A DNA stretch of 37,890 bases from a virus (lineage: Duplodnaviria; Caudoviricetes): the IMG/VR virus record IMGVR_UViG_3300005573_001184, positions 1 through 37,890 of that record. One strand, given 5' to 3'. The notes under the pieces were generated by a model. That model was not told where the DNA came from. It saw only the letters and a program-made list of their open reading frames with translations, and did no database searches. This document shows, piece after piece, positions 17,702 through 26,815 of the stretch. Positions within the stretch are counted from its first letter, which is position 1, and the number at the start of each line of letters is the position of its first letter. The position numbers were made by a program, and so were the translations under genes.

Positions 17702-17920
17702 ATGAACGAGAAATGGGAGCGACAACTTCGCTGGAAGGCAAAGATGATCGCTGCGGGCCGGTGTCCGAACTGTGGAAAGCGCATGGACACTCCGCGTTCA
17801 CGTTGCAGCAGATGTCTCACCAAGGTTCGCGAGTCGGCAAGGAAGCGACTTAATTGCAAGCGGCGCTACCGCGCTGCATCTTACCTGTTCGAAGGGGCTG
17901 CTGACTATGCCGAGGTTTAG
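17702..17920 (+). CDS. Small basic zinc-finger protein
   Basis: 72 aa from MNEKW; CPNC...CSRC, Arg/Lys-rich. Confidence 0.7.
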   Translation: MNEKWERQLRWKAKMIAAGRCPNCGKRMDTPRSRCSRCLTKVRESARKRLNCKRRYRAASYLFEGAADYAEV

Positions 17921-18335
17921 CCAAGCTGATTACATTGCTTATTTGGCCCGGCGAAAAGCTTCCGAGCGTGTACAAAGCAAGGCCGACGACGAAGAGGCCG
18001 GGATCCACGAAGCAATCATTTCAGAGTGCCGGCGGCTTGGTCTGTATTACGTACACAGCAGAATGGACAAACCGAGCACCGCGACCGTCGGCACGCCGGA
18101 TTTCATTATTGCGCTTCCGCACGGCAAGACCTTGTGGATCGAAGCAAAATCCAGACAGGGCAAGCTTCGGACCGAACAGGCTGCTGCAGCAGTTTGGCTC
18201 GCCAAGCTTGGACACAATTTCCGGATCGTTCGATCGGTGACAGAGGCGATCCGATGCATAAATGATGCGATAGAAAAAGCGGAGACGGAAAATGGAGACG
18301 AAAAACATTCAGGAAGACAGCAGGGAGTTCTTTGA
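17907..18335 (+). CDS. VRR-NUC domain nuclease / Holliday junction resolvase-like
   Basis: Start MPRFSQ (17907); GTPDFII...LWIEAKS..GKLRTEQ...VRS. Confidence 0.85.
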   Translation: MPRFSQADYIAYLARRKASERVQSKADDEEAGIHEAIISECRRLGLYYVHSRMDKPSTATVGTPDFIIALPHGKTLWIEAKSRQGKLRTEQAAAAVWLAKLGHNFRIVRSVTEAIRCINDAIEKAETENGDEKHSGRQQGVL

Positions 18336-19614
18336 GTATGGCTTCGTAGGTTCGTTCATCCAAAGCCCGCAAGGCGCAGCTGACGCGGCTGTGGCATGTG
18401 GTTTGGCAAGCCCAGAGTTCATCCTGAACCAAACCCTGCAGTGCATCTACGAAACCGGCCTTTTGATGATCAAGGACGGTGTCCATATTGATCAAGCCAC
18501 GATTTATGGCGAGGTCACCAAACGCTTCCCTGAAATCGACAAGGCGGCTCTTGCATCGACGATCAGCCGCGCCTTGGATGTTGCGGTTGCGCCGTCTGCG
18601 GCGGACTACTATGCAAAGGCGATTGTTGAGTTTCACATCACACACAAGATCGTGCATGAAGTCAACAGGCTGAAGGGTGAGTGCCAGACAATCAAAGAGC
18701 CAGCGAGGTTTGCGGAGCGGATCGCGCAACGTTTTCTTGGCATCGCTCAGATCGGCACTGACGCCGAGAGCCTCCTTATCTCTGCGCCGTCTGCAATCGC
18801 AAAGGCAACCGAAAGGCTGGAGGAAATAGAGGACGCCACGTCGAACAGCGTAGCGAAGTTCGATATTCCATCGTTGGACAAAACGGTCATGCTGCTGCCG
18901 AAGATGCTTGTCACAATCGCCGCGCGCCCAAGCATAGGCAAGACGGCGCTTGCCGGACAGCTTGCGCTGAACGCAGCTAGGAGCGGCATTCCGACTTTGT
19001 TCGTAACGCTTGAGATGCCGGTTGGCGACATTGTCCAGCGCATGCTGGCGCACATGTCGGGTGTCTCATTCAGAAGCATAAGGCACGGGATGCATCCAGA
19101 TGAGCTTGACAAGTTCATAGAAGCAAAGCGCGCGTTTGCAAAGCTGCCGATTTATTTCATCGAACGCGGAACTATCACAGCCAGCACGATCGCATCGCAC
19201 GCGTCGCGGCTGGCTGAGACCAGCGGCGTAAAGCTGCTGATCATCGACTATGTGCAGCTTGTCCTGACGGATAAAAAGTGCGACACCCGCGAGCTCGAGG
19301 TGGCCTACGTGTACGACGCACTTCGGCGTCTTACGACCGATGCTGGAATCGCAACGGTGGCGCTTGCCCAACTGAACCGCGAATCCGAAAAGACAGACAG
19401 AAGACCGAAGCTTTCGGACATACGCGAGACCGGGAAAGCGGAGGCCGATAGCGATGCCGTGTTGCTCATGCACAGGCCGAAAGAAGGCATCTGCGAGAAT
19501 GAAGTGGACATTATCGTTGGCAAGAACCGCAACGGCCAGCTCGGCACTGCATACACCGAGTTTCAGGGCGAGTATTTCAGATTCATTGAACGCAAGCCTG
19601 TCACGGACATCTGA
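18292..19614 (+). CDS. dnaB: DnaB-like replicative helicase
   Basis: AARPSIGKT, TLEM, IIDYVQL, LAQLNR, PKLSDIRETG, KNRNG. Confidence 0.95.
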   Translation: METKNIQEDSREFFEYGFVGSFIQSPQGAADAAVACGLASPEFILNQTLQCIYETGLLMIKDGVHIDQATIYGEVTKRFPEIDKAALASTISRALDVAVAPSAADYYAKAIVEFHITHKIVHEVNRLKGECQTIKEPARFAERIAQRFLGIAQIGTDAESLLISAPSAIAKATERLEEIEDATSNSVAKFDIPSLDKTVMLLPKMLVTIAARPSIGKTALAGQLALNAARSGIPTLFVTLEMPVGDIVQRMLAHMSGVSFRSIRHGMHPDELDKFIEAKRAFAKLPIYFIERGTITASTIASHASRLAETSGVKLLIIDYVQLVLTDKKCDTRELEVAYVYDALRRLTTDAGIATVALAQLNRESEKTDRRPKLSDIRETGKAEADSDAVLLMHRPKEGICENEVDIIVGKNRNGQLGTAYTEFQGEYFRFIERKPVTDI

Positions 19615-19642
19615 TACGCGAAAAGGTCTCTGAGGATTGCTT

Positions 19643-19671
19643 TTGACACAACGAGCTATTTTTGGCAGATT
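19643..19671 (+). promoter_or_regulatory. Putative promoter upstream of the methylase
   Basis: TTGACA-N17-CAGATT, intergenic. Confidence 0.4.
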
Positions 19672-19731
19672 ATCGGCGGAAGGTACCGACCGAGACGCTG
19701 TGCCATCAACGCTGTGCCACCGCTGCACGAT

Positions 19732-20628
19732 ATGAAAATCGAGAGACTGCGTGCACCTTTTCCGTACTACGGCGGAAAGGGCACGATGGTCGCCAAACTG
19801 ACACTGTTGGTTCCCTCCGGCGGTAAGCCGTATTGTGAACCCTTCTGCGGGGCTGCGTCGCTGTTCTTCAGCCGTCAACCTGCGCCGGTCGAGGTGTTGA
19901 ACGACTTGGACGGGGACGTAGTGAACGTGTTTCGGTGCCTGCAAAACAAGGACACGTTCGAGGAGCTGCGGCATCGGCTTATGTGGACGCCGTACGCACG
20001 GGCCGAGTTTGAACGCGCGCTTGAAACGCTGAAAGAACCGAGCGCCGACAAGATTACACGCGCTTGGGCGTTTATGGTCGCGCGCAATCAAGGTTTCAGT
20101 GGTCTTGCGGATACCGTCGGAAGATGGGGCAGGGCGTTTGTGTCAACCCTTGGCGCTGCCCGAACAACGAACAGGTGGGTGATGCGGCTGTGCATGCTGG
20201 ACGCTTGGCGATGGCGCCTGATGCGCGTGCAGATCGGTTGCAGGGACGCTCTGGAAGTCATAAAGTACTGGGATAACCACGATGCCGTCTTCTACTGTGA
20301 TCCTCCGTATGTTCACGAGACGCGCGTTAAGGGTGCGACCAACGTGTACGCTCACGAAATGTCGGAAGAACAGCATCGAGCCCTTGTTGACACACTTTTG
20401 AACGTGTCCGGCGCCGTTGTTCTATCCGGCTACGAGCATCCGGTGTATTGGCCGCTCGAAAATGCGGGTTGGGAAAGGACCGAGTTTAAAACATCTTGTC
20501 ATGCGGCTAGCCGTGGGCGTGGCACAGCGATACGTGGCGAAGGTGCGGCAACATCACTGGTACCGCGAACCGAAATCGTATGGCGCAACAAGCGGGCGGT
20601 CGAGTTGACGGCATCAAAATCTGCTTGA
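19732..20628 (+). CDS. DNA adenine methyltransferase, Dam/D12 class, orphan
   Basis: FPYYGGK, YCEPFCG, VLNDLD, FYCDPPY, LSGY. Start at MKIERL (19732). Target sequence cannot be determined from the sequence. Confidence 0.92.
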   Translation: MKIERLRAPFPYYGGKGTMVAKLTLLVPSGGKPYCEPFCGAASLFFSRQPAPVEVLNDLDGDVVNVFRCLQNKDTFEELRHRLMWTPYARAEFERALETLKEPSADKITRAWAFMVARNQGFSGLADTVGRWGRAFVSTLGAARTTNRWVMRLCMLDAWRWRLMRVQIGCRDALEVIKYWDNHDAVFYCDPPYVHETRVKGATNVYAHEMSEEQHRALVDTLLNVSGAVVLSGYEHPVYWPLENAGWERTEFKTSCHAASRGRGTAIRGEGAATSLVPRTEIVWRNKRAVELTASKSA

Positions 20629-20653
20629 CACGGCGGCCAAGTTTCGGTAGATT
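20625..20653 (+). promoter_or_regulatory. Putative sigma70 promoter upstream of the replication initiator
   Basis: TTGACA-N17-TAGATT. Confidence 0.55.
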
Positions 20654-20847
20654 CCCGGCAGACTGTACGATGAAACGGGAAACCATAACCGCAAAATCGA
20701 ACGCCCCCGCCGCAACCCGATGGCAAGGGACGGCAGCCGGTTCTGTTTCCCTCCGGTCGTACGGGGGCGCCAATTTAGTGCCGGGCTGGGTGCCATACCT
20801 GCCCGGTTTCTTCGTTATAACCACACAAAAGGAAAGGAAGTGACAAC

Positions 20848-22038
20848 ATGAAGGAATCATGCATTCCGCATCCAGCTAATGCTCGGTTCAACATCACGCG
20901 GCCTGAGTATGTTCTCATTTGCCGGAACGACCGTTGCGCCGCGTGCCTGCTCTCGTTTTTCGAGTACTGGCATAATATCAAGCTTGAGCATGCGAAAAAA
21001 GCCGCGCGGGCTAACGATATCGCAGAAATGCACGGAGATGCTCGCACACAGGACGAAAGCCTGTGGCAGTTCCACACGATCAAAGAAATGGAGCTCGGCA
21101 TCGCGTACATGTTTACGCAAAAACCAATCTCAAAGGCACTATCGCTTCTCTGCGACCTTGGGTTCATCGTCCGGGGGCGCAACCCGAACCCAAGGTACAA
21201 GTTCGACAGAACGACGTGGATAATGCTGAAGCCGGAAGCTGTAACGGCTGCACTTGAGAAAGTTTATCCGAAGATGGAGAACTCCGCAATGCACGACGGA
21301 AATACGCCTCACCGTGAGGCATATACGCCTCACGGTGAGGCATATCTCCTTGACACTGACGTCGCGCAAAGTCCTTGTAAGTGCACGGAAAATGAAGCAC
21401 TTACAAATGACGAAAAAATCGAAAATCCGGACAAGATTACTTACAAGATTACTACGGAGACTACTCTCCCAGAGAGAGAGCGAGAGGCGGAAACGGCGCC
21501 TTCGGCGCCAGAACCGGTAATAGCGCTTCCAGATGCTAGGAGCTACTGGAACAGAACCATGCCAGAACAAACAGAGATTCCTAAAGGCCCTTCTGACGAA
21601 GAAATCCAGAGATGGGCAGAGGATGTAAGAAAGAACGGTGCAGACTACACCGACGATGAAATTAAGTCCGCAAGAATACGTTGCCGGCTTGACCAATGGC
21701 TGTGGCGCGGCAGGCCGTGCGCGGATTGGCGGCTGATGCTTGAGGACCGGATCCAGGTCATGAGGAACACATTCGGCAAGTTTGGCGGTTCAAAGCCGTC
21801 GAACGGGTCAAACGGGAACGGCAAAGAGAAACCGATGTCGCCATACCTGATGTACAAGCTCAGGGACGAGCTTCGGGAAAAGTTGGACGAGGTTTATGAG
21901 CAGCTCAAGTGCGTGCAGGATGAAGACCGCAGAAGGCCGTTGCTTGAGCAAAAGGAGAAGCTTCGCAAGCGGATTGAGTCGCTCGAAGCAAAACTCGAAG
22001 CCGCGGCAGTCGGTGGCTCCGACGAATCGGATGGTTAA
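20848..22038 (+). CDS. Replication initiator / replisome organiser (winged-helix N-terminus)
   Basis: 396 aa; RNPNPRYKFDRTTW wing, KITYKITTETT linker, internal DNA repeats, AAGGAAAGGAAG RBS, near DnaB. Confidence 0.75.
   Translation: MKESCIPHPANARFNITRPEYVLICRNDRCAACLLSFFEYWHNIKLEHAKKAARANDIAEMHGDARTQDESLWQFHTIKEMELGIAYMFTQKPISKALSLLCDLGFIVRGRNPNPRYKFDRTTWIMLKPEAVTAALEKVYPKMENSAMHDGNTPHREAYTPHGEAYLLDTDVAQSPCKCTENEALTNDEKIENPDKITYKITTETTLPEREREAETAPSAPEPVIALPDARSYWNRTMPEQTEIPKGPSDEEIQRWAEDVRKNGADYTDDEIKSARIRCRLDQWLWRGRPCADWRLMLEDRIQVMRNTFGKFGGSKPSNGSNGNGKEKPMSPYLMYKLRDELREKLDEVYEQLKCVQDEDRRRPLLEQKEKLRKRIESLEAKLEAAAVGGSDESDG
21303..21465. repeat. Iteron-like repeats inside the initiator gene (candidate replication origin)
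   Basis: Palindromes GCCTCACCGTGAGGC (21306-21320) and GCCTCACGGTGAGGC (21327-21341) at a 21-bp period; inverted repeat TTGTAAGTGC-N12-GCACTTACAA (21375-21406); ACAAGATTACT twice (21431, 21443). Confidence 0.7.
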
Positions 22039-22059
22039 CCGAACCCACAGGCTCTGCAA

Positions 22060-22590
22060 ATGACTAGCCGAATACTTCAGCTCTTGCAGGAACGATACTC
22101 GCCAGAACGTGGCTGGATTCTCATACCGGAGCTGCGGATTGGAACCGGGTTCGGCAAGGACAAAGAACAACGTCTTGACGCGTGGGCAATCTGTTGCTGG
22201 CAAACAAGAGAACCGGACGGGCCGGCAATCGTTCGGCTGTCGGTGCACACTGTAGCCTTCGAGATCAAGATCAGCCGCAACGATGCGCTCCAGGAGTTCC
22301 GAAACCCCGACAAGCGGTGGCATGCACATGGTATAGCACACCAGTTCTTTTTCGTAGCACCACAGGGCGTAATAGAAAAGGAATGGCTTGAGTCCGACGA
22401 AGGCCTGCTTGAACTCCGCGGAGACAGGCTCGAGTGCATCAAACAAGCCGCTGTTAGGCCTATCGGAATGCCGCGCTGGACGTTCGTCGCGTCGATCGTG
22501 AGAAGGCTTGCGAACAGCGGCTCCACGCCCAGCAGAGCCGCCGACGAAGATCAGAAACCAGGCGCAGCATGTACACCCTTGGCTGACTAA
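22060..22590 (+). CDS. MmcB-like PD-(D/E)XK nuclease
   Basis: ELRIGTG...RLDAWAI...AFEIKISRND...QFFFVAP...GLLE. Confidence 0.75.
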   Translation: MTSRILQLLQERYSPERGWILIPELRIGTGFGKDKEQRLDAWAICCWQTREPDGPAIVRLSVHTVAFEIKISRNDALQEFRNPDKRWHAHGIAHQFFFVAPQGVIEKEWLESDEGLLELRGDRLECIKQAAVRPIGMPRWTFVASIVRRLANSGSTPSRAADEDQKPGAACTPLAD

Positions 22591-22844
22591 GGAATTACAC
22601 CTTGTTCGCCCGTTGTTAGTTGTCGATGCGAAAAAAGTGTGACGCGAAGTTCACTCCTGGAAAGGCGCAAAAAGCGAAGGCTTCGGACCTGCATCAAATG
22701 AATGTAACACAAAATCCACCGCCAAGAAAGTGCAAAAGATTGAAAATTTCGCGTTTTTACCGTGGCGTGCATAGGACAGTTGAACTCGGCGACTCAAGTG
22801 TTTGGTGCGGGAGCAGTGCGTGAAAACAATTTGCGAAATTGCAC

Positions 22845-22874
22845 TTGACAGGAGAGCGCGTGGTGTGTTATTGT
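22845..22874 (+). promoter_or_regulatory. Putative promoter of the accessory operon
   Basis: TTGACA-N18-TATTGT with TGn extended -10, 14 nt upstream of ATG 22889. Confidence 0.55.
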
Positions 22875-22888
22875 GCAGCAGAAACAAT

Positions 22889-23341
22889 ATGAGCGAACAA
22901 CGTAGCAACGATGATGTGCAGACCGGGAAACAAAACCGCGATTGTCCGACGCAGGAAGCAGTAACGGAAAGCGAGGCGAACTCGCTGGTGGCCGACTTCT
23001 ATAGTTCGCTGCGTGCAGAGACGATCGTGCGCGTCAGTAACGGAGAAGCGCGGATTCTGTTTCCATTCCGAGACAGGCACAGCTACGCAGTTGAAATCCT
23101 AATTAGACGCGCAGGCGGTGAGTAGCTGCTGGACGACGCGGGCACTACATTCATGCGCCTGGACCACGACGTCGGCTGCGCTCGCTCACCGAGATTTGTA
23201 AACGCGATCGTGTTGCTGGCGCGGCCTTACGACGTGGATTTCGACGGCGCCGTGCTCAAAACGAATTCAAGCCCTGGTCAGGTCGTTCGCAGGATGCGGG
23301 ACCTGCTCGAGGCGATATTGGCAGTAAACGCAATGGTATGA
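22889..23341 (+). pseudogene. DUF1828-like gene interrupted by an in-frame TAG at 23123-23125
   Basis: The two ORFs share a frame. Joined they read RILFPFRDRHSYAVEILIRRAGGE*LLDDAGTTFMRL...LLEAILAVN, resembling the DUF1828 PF.D...i.i....y.l.D.G.T..L pattern. Confidence 0.6.
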
Positions 23342-23556
23342 GAACAAAGGCGAAGGATCAGACTGAGTCATCGCACCAGAATGTTGGTGCGGGGTTGCTC
23401 ACGAGAACAGAGCTGGCTCGCGAGCTTAAAATCAGTACGGCTACGATAACGCGGCTCGTCAAGCAAGGACTGCCGCACATTCCAGTCGGACCGCGCTCAG
23501 TGCGGTTCGATTTAACTGAAGTGGTGGCGTGGCTCAAAGAAAGGATTAGAGCATGA
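23338..23556 (+). CDS. Helix-turn-helix DNA-binding protein (excisionase/AlpA-like)
   Basis: LLTRTELARELKISTATITRLVKQGLPHIPVGPRSVRFDLTEVVAWL. Confidence 0.85.
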   Translation: MRTKAKDQTESSHQNVGAGLLTRTELARELKISTATITRLVKQGLPHIPVGPRSVRFDLTEVVAWLKERIRA

Positions 23557-24119
23557 AGACCCCATTGTTTTTCCCGTTCAGGTACGATTTGGCGATTGAG
23601 TTCGTCTCGCTCACATTGGCGCGTCACGGCAGGCAAAGGAGGATCGACGAGATCGCTGTGCTGGCATACCTGTGCGATCGCGTAGCCATTGCGCGGATGA
23701 ACAGGCCGATCATCGGCGGGCACTACGTCGCGACCCTGGATGGTCCCATGATCAGCGAAGTTTACGACATGCTTGACGCTGACACCATAGAGTTTCGCGT
23801 GCCGTACGCTGATCTGGAGCGGCCGTTCGCCAAACAGGACCTCTCAGTCAAGTTGTTGTGCGATCCGGACAGACAGGATCTCTCGGAAGAGCAATTTGCC
23901 GTAGTTACCGACGTCGGGGACAGTTTCGCTAACATGGCAAAGCATGAGCTGGAGAATTGGTGTGCGGAGAACTGTCCCGAATATGGTGACCTGACAGTAT
24001 CTGAGTTTACGCTCATCAGGCTCGACCGTGTGGTGGCGATTCTTGGGAAAACGAACAGGGAAATTGCAGAGATTACGCGGAAGGCCAACGAGCTGTCACC
24101 GTTGCCTTTTTTGGTTTAA
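23553..24119 (+). CDS. Panacea/SocA (DUF4065)-like antitoxin-domain protein, copy 1
   Basis: LAYLCDR..IARMNRPIIGGHYVATLDGPMISEVYD, LSEEQ...V, ELENWC..NCPEY. Confidence 0.75.
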   Translation: MKTPLFFPFRYDLAIEFVSLTLARHGRQRRIDEIAVLAYLCDRVAIARMNRPIIGGHYVATLDGPMISEVYDMLDADTIEFRVPYADLERPFAKQDLSVKLLCDPDRQDLSEEQFAVVTDVGDSFANMAKHELENWCAENCPEYGDLTVSEFTLIRLDRVVAILGKTNREIAEITRKANELSPLPFLV

Positions 24120-24134
24120 CCCGAACCCTGCAAC

Positions 24135-24722
24135 ATGGCAACGTCAATATCATTCCCGTTCAACTTGGACAAGGCTGTATCAGTGATGTGCAATCTGCTT
24201 GGTCGCTCCAAGGTGCCGGTTGACATCAACAGGCTTGTTACGATGCTTTACCTGATTGACAGGCACGCAATCGCACGGCGCAACTTTCCCGTGATCGGTG
24301 GCTCATATTACTCTACCGAGAGCGGGCCTGTGATTGGCGAGGCGTACGAAATCGTACTGTCTGAGGCTGCGTTCGGACAAGACGGGCTCCTGAACAGGTG
24401 GATTGCGCGCGACCTTGTCGGTTGGTGTGTGAAGCTGCAATCCGAATATCTGCCTGGATCGCTCGGCGGAGACGACATTCACATCGTGGATGTTGTGTAC
24501 AAGGGCTGGTCGGATTTGACTGCGCATGGGCTGCGCGTCTGGTGCAAAGAGCATTGTGCCGAGGGCATGCCGTACCAGGAGCCATTTGTGAAGATCGACC
24601 TTGAAAAGCTTTTCATGGTGCTTGGCAAGACGCCTGACGACTTTGGTGCGGTCAGGGAAAGGCTTGTTCATGGCATTCTCGCCGGTTCCACGCTGGCTCA
24701 AATGACAAAAATTTCTTCTTGA
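24135..24722 (+). CDS. Panacea/SocA (DUF4065)-like antitoxin-domain protein, copy 2
   Basis: FNLDKA...MLYLIDRHAIARRNFPVIGGSYYSTESGPVIGEAYE; clear paralog of the preceding gene. Confidence 0.75.
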   Translation: MATSISFPFNLDKAVSVMCNLLGRSKVPVDINRLVTMLYLIDRHAIARRNFPVIGGSYYSTESGPVIGEAYEIVLSEAAFGQDGLLNRWIARDLVGWCVKLQSEYLPGSLGGDDIHIVDVVYKGWSDLTAHGLRVWCKEHCAEGMPYQEPFVKIDLEKLFMVLGKTPDDFGAVRERLVHGILAGSTLAQMTKISS

Positions 24723-25746
24723 CAGAACTCCGGTTTTATGTTCTTTTTTGCGCGTGTATGACATACAGGTCTGGCGAAACGAGCCAAGGGAAGAACGGCA
24801 CAGCAGGTGCCGGCAGCCGGAGGCTTTTCTCGCTGGACTCACTTCTTATCGCTGGACCATTGGCCTCTTCTTTGGCCATTTGCGGAGCGTTGGCTTGCGT
24901 CCACCCAACCACACACATACCCTTGACACCGGCATCCTCCTACGTTCCGCGCATGACCGCGCGCTGTGCAGAACATCCGGAGCGCATGCACAGCGAGCCC
25001 GTGCATCAGCACGTTCCATTGGGCTCCCTTCCGCGGTGCTCCGGCGAGATTTCCTTGGGTGATGAACCCGCCGCGGGACAGGGTCTTTCTGGGATTCTTT
25101 CTTCCCTGTCCCGCCTTGAATTTTCCCATGGTACGGGGATATTCGTGCCAGTCGCAATGGCAGCGACAAGCCAATATCAGGCGTTGCCACCGGCGTGCTC
25201 AAGGTATCGATTGATACCATCGCCGGCCAGTTAGACCGAGGCGAAGCGAGCTGAATGCTCCGTAGGCCAGCCGTAGGGCGGTAATATCGGCCCTGGAAAA
25301 TCAACAAAGCGATTCCGTCCGGCCACGCAAGTGGAGAACCGGCCCGCGTCAGTCCTGCCCGGCAGGAAGGCTTTCTTGGTACCGTCACTAAGACGGCGCG
25401 CTTACCGCTGACCGCAGTGTGTCTATGAGCTGATACCAAGTCTGGCTTGCCAAACAAGCGGCGTACCCAACATCAACACGCCCCACCGCCAACCACAACC
25501 GGCGGGGCGTAGCGCCTTGCACACCAGCCCGCCTGCCAGTGCAACCCCGCTTCTCCACCCCGCCAAGCTCTCCCCGTTCCTTTCACCACGGAGTCGCCCG
25601 CACAGCCTCGCCGCACCGCCCGTTATTTTGCTGCGCCGCCTTTGCTTTTCTCCCCGCTTTCCTTCCCGGCGCCAGCACTGCCCTGTGGAGGTTTTCCCAG
25701 CTTCGCTCCGCCCTCGGCGGTGGCCCCTTCAACGCTGACGGAGGCT

Positions 25747-25980
25747 GGGGCCCCGGGGGGGTGGGGGCGTGGGGGCCGGGGGTCTGGCGCGGCGAAAGAG
25801 ATTCCCTACCGGCTGGGCTGGGCGAGCGGGCAGGGCGACCGGACCGACTGGGCGACCGACCAAGTGGCCGGGCTGAACCAGCCGGGCTGGTGGACCTGGC
25901 GGAGCGACTGACGGAGCGAGTGACCAGGTGACCGGGCTGGTGACTGGGCGCTGGTGGTGGCGACCGGGCCTGAGCACCGG
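25747..25980 (+). repeat. G-run cluster followed by degenerate GAC(C/T)GG-type short repeats (candidate packaging/terminus region)
   Basis: G7-T-G5-CGT-G5-CC-G5 at 25755-25782, then many GACCGG/GACTGG/GGGCTGG units. Confidence 0.5.
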
Positions 25981-26073
25981 CGCTGACCTGGCGCGCGCAT
26001 GGCCAAGCGCAGCCTGTGGAGCGCAGGCGCTCAATGCGCCAAGCTCCAGCGGCAGGAGCACTGCGCTGCAGCA

Positions 26074-26457
26074 CTACGCTCCTGGCGCTGCGGGCGATCC
26101 AGGCTCTGACTCTGGCTCTGGCGCCGGCGCTGCAGGCAATGCGGATGGCGTTGGCGCTGACTCCGCCGCCCCGGGCTCTACCAGCTCCAGCAACTGCATC
26201 CGAGCCGCTAATGCACGGTTCAGATGGCGGTAGGCACGCTTTGAGACCTTGGACGGCACCCGGACTCCAGGCAATGGGCGATTCATGGCGATGCGCTCAC
26301 GCTCGGCGGCGCAATCCCAAGCTTTGACCAGCTCGGCCACAGCATGGGATTGAGCTTTATCCGGTTGGCCATCAATGCTTTGGGCGAGTGCAAGCGCGAG
26401 TCGATAGACTTCGCGGCGGAGCGCTTTAGCTTCGGCGGCGGTGTAAGACGCACCCAT
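26074..26457 (-). CDS. Hypothetical helical protein, possible terminase small subunit
   Basis: 127 aa from MGASYT. Helical core (AELVKAWDCAAERERIAMNRPLPG) with a P/A/E tail. Same strand as terL and next to the G-rich repeat region. Function is inference only. Confidence 0.5.
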   Translation of the reverse strand: MGASYTAAEAKALRREVYRLALALAQSIDGQPDKAQSHAVAELVKAWDCAAERERIAMNRPLPGVRVPSKVSKRAYRHLNRALAARMQLLELVEPGAAESAPTPSALPAAPAPEPESEPGSPAAPGA

Positions 26458-26629
26458 AGTTTGGGGCAAGACTACCACAGAACCGACGGAAAGGCAAGCA
26501 AGGCCAGTTGGCATGGACGGCGGATTGGAAGGCGCAGGAACGCAGCGCAACGGCGGTCAGGTCTCTGGACGTCCGGCGACGTCCGGGCTGATGCGGTAGC
26601 AGCCTGGGCTTGGGCTTCCCGGCTGCGGC

Positions 26630-26721
26630 ATGCGTGATTTTCACGCATTGTGGTTGATTTTCACGCATCGCAAAGCGTTGGTGCGCAGAGGCTTACGGAA
26701 GTATGCGTGAAATTCACGCAT
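26630..26721. promoter_or_regulatory. Three palindromic operator/UAS sites ATGCGTGA-N3-TCACGCAT
   Basis: Perfect copies at 26630-26648 and 26703-26721; degenerate copy at 26650-26668. Confidence 0.75.
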
Positions 26722-26775
26722 TTCGGCTTTAGGCGCCGGCAAGGCAAAAAATCTACGATTTTGCAAGTCGTTGGC

Positions 26776-26788
26776 CATCAAGGGGTTG
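26776..26788 (+). promoter_or_regulatory. IHF-like binding site
   Basis: CATCAAGGGGTTG versus consensus WATCAANNNNTTR (1 mismatch), between the palindromes and the -24/-12 element. Confidence 0.45.
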
Positions 26789-26815
26789 GCGCCACAACCA
26801 AAGTAGCGCAAAAAC

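Noticed and set aside
17579-17725. 49-aa N-terminal extension of terL in the ORF track
   Set aside because: Runs through the divergent promoter region and overlaps the opposite gene start.
23123-23125. Genome-wide TAG reassignment
   Set aside because: Conserved genes are uninterrupted, and TAG ends several genes (15459, 28244, 29407, 33658, 33716).
23338-23556. Evidence for lysogeny from the excisionase-like HTH
   Set aside because: No integrase, repressor or att site in the window; this HTH family also includes plain regulators.
24719-25500. ORFs 24719..25234, 24846..25457 and TTGACA hexamers near 24719 and 24923
   Set aside because: No recognisable motifs or RBS, overlapping frames of equal plausibility, and no properly spaced -10; left unannotated.
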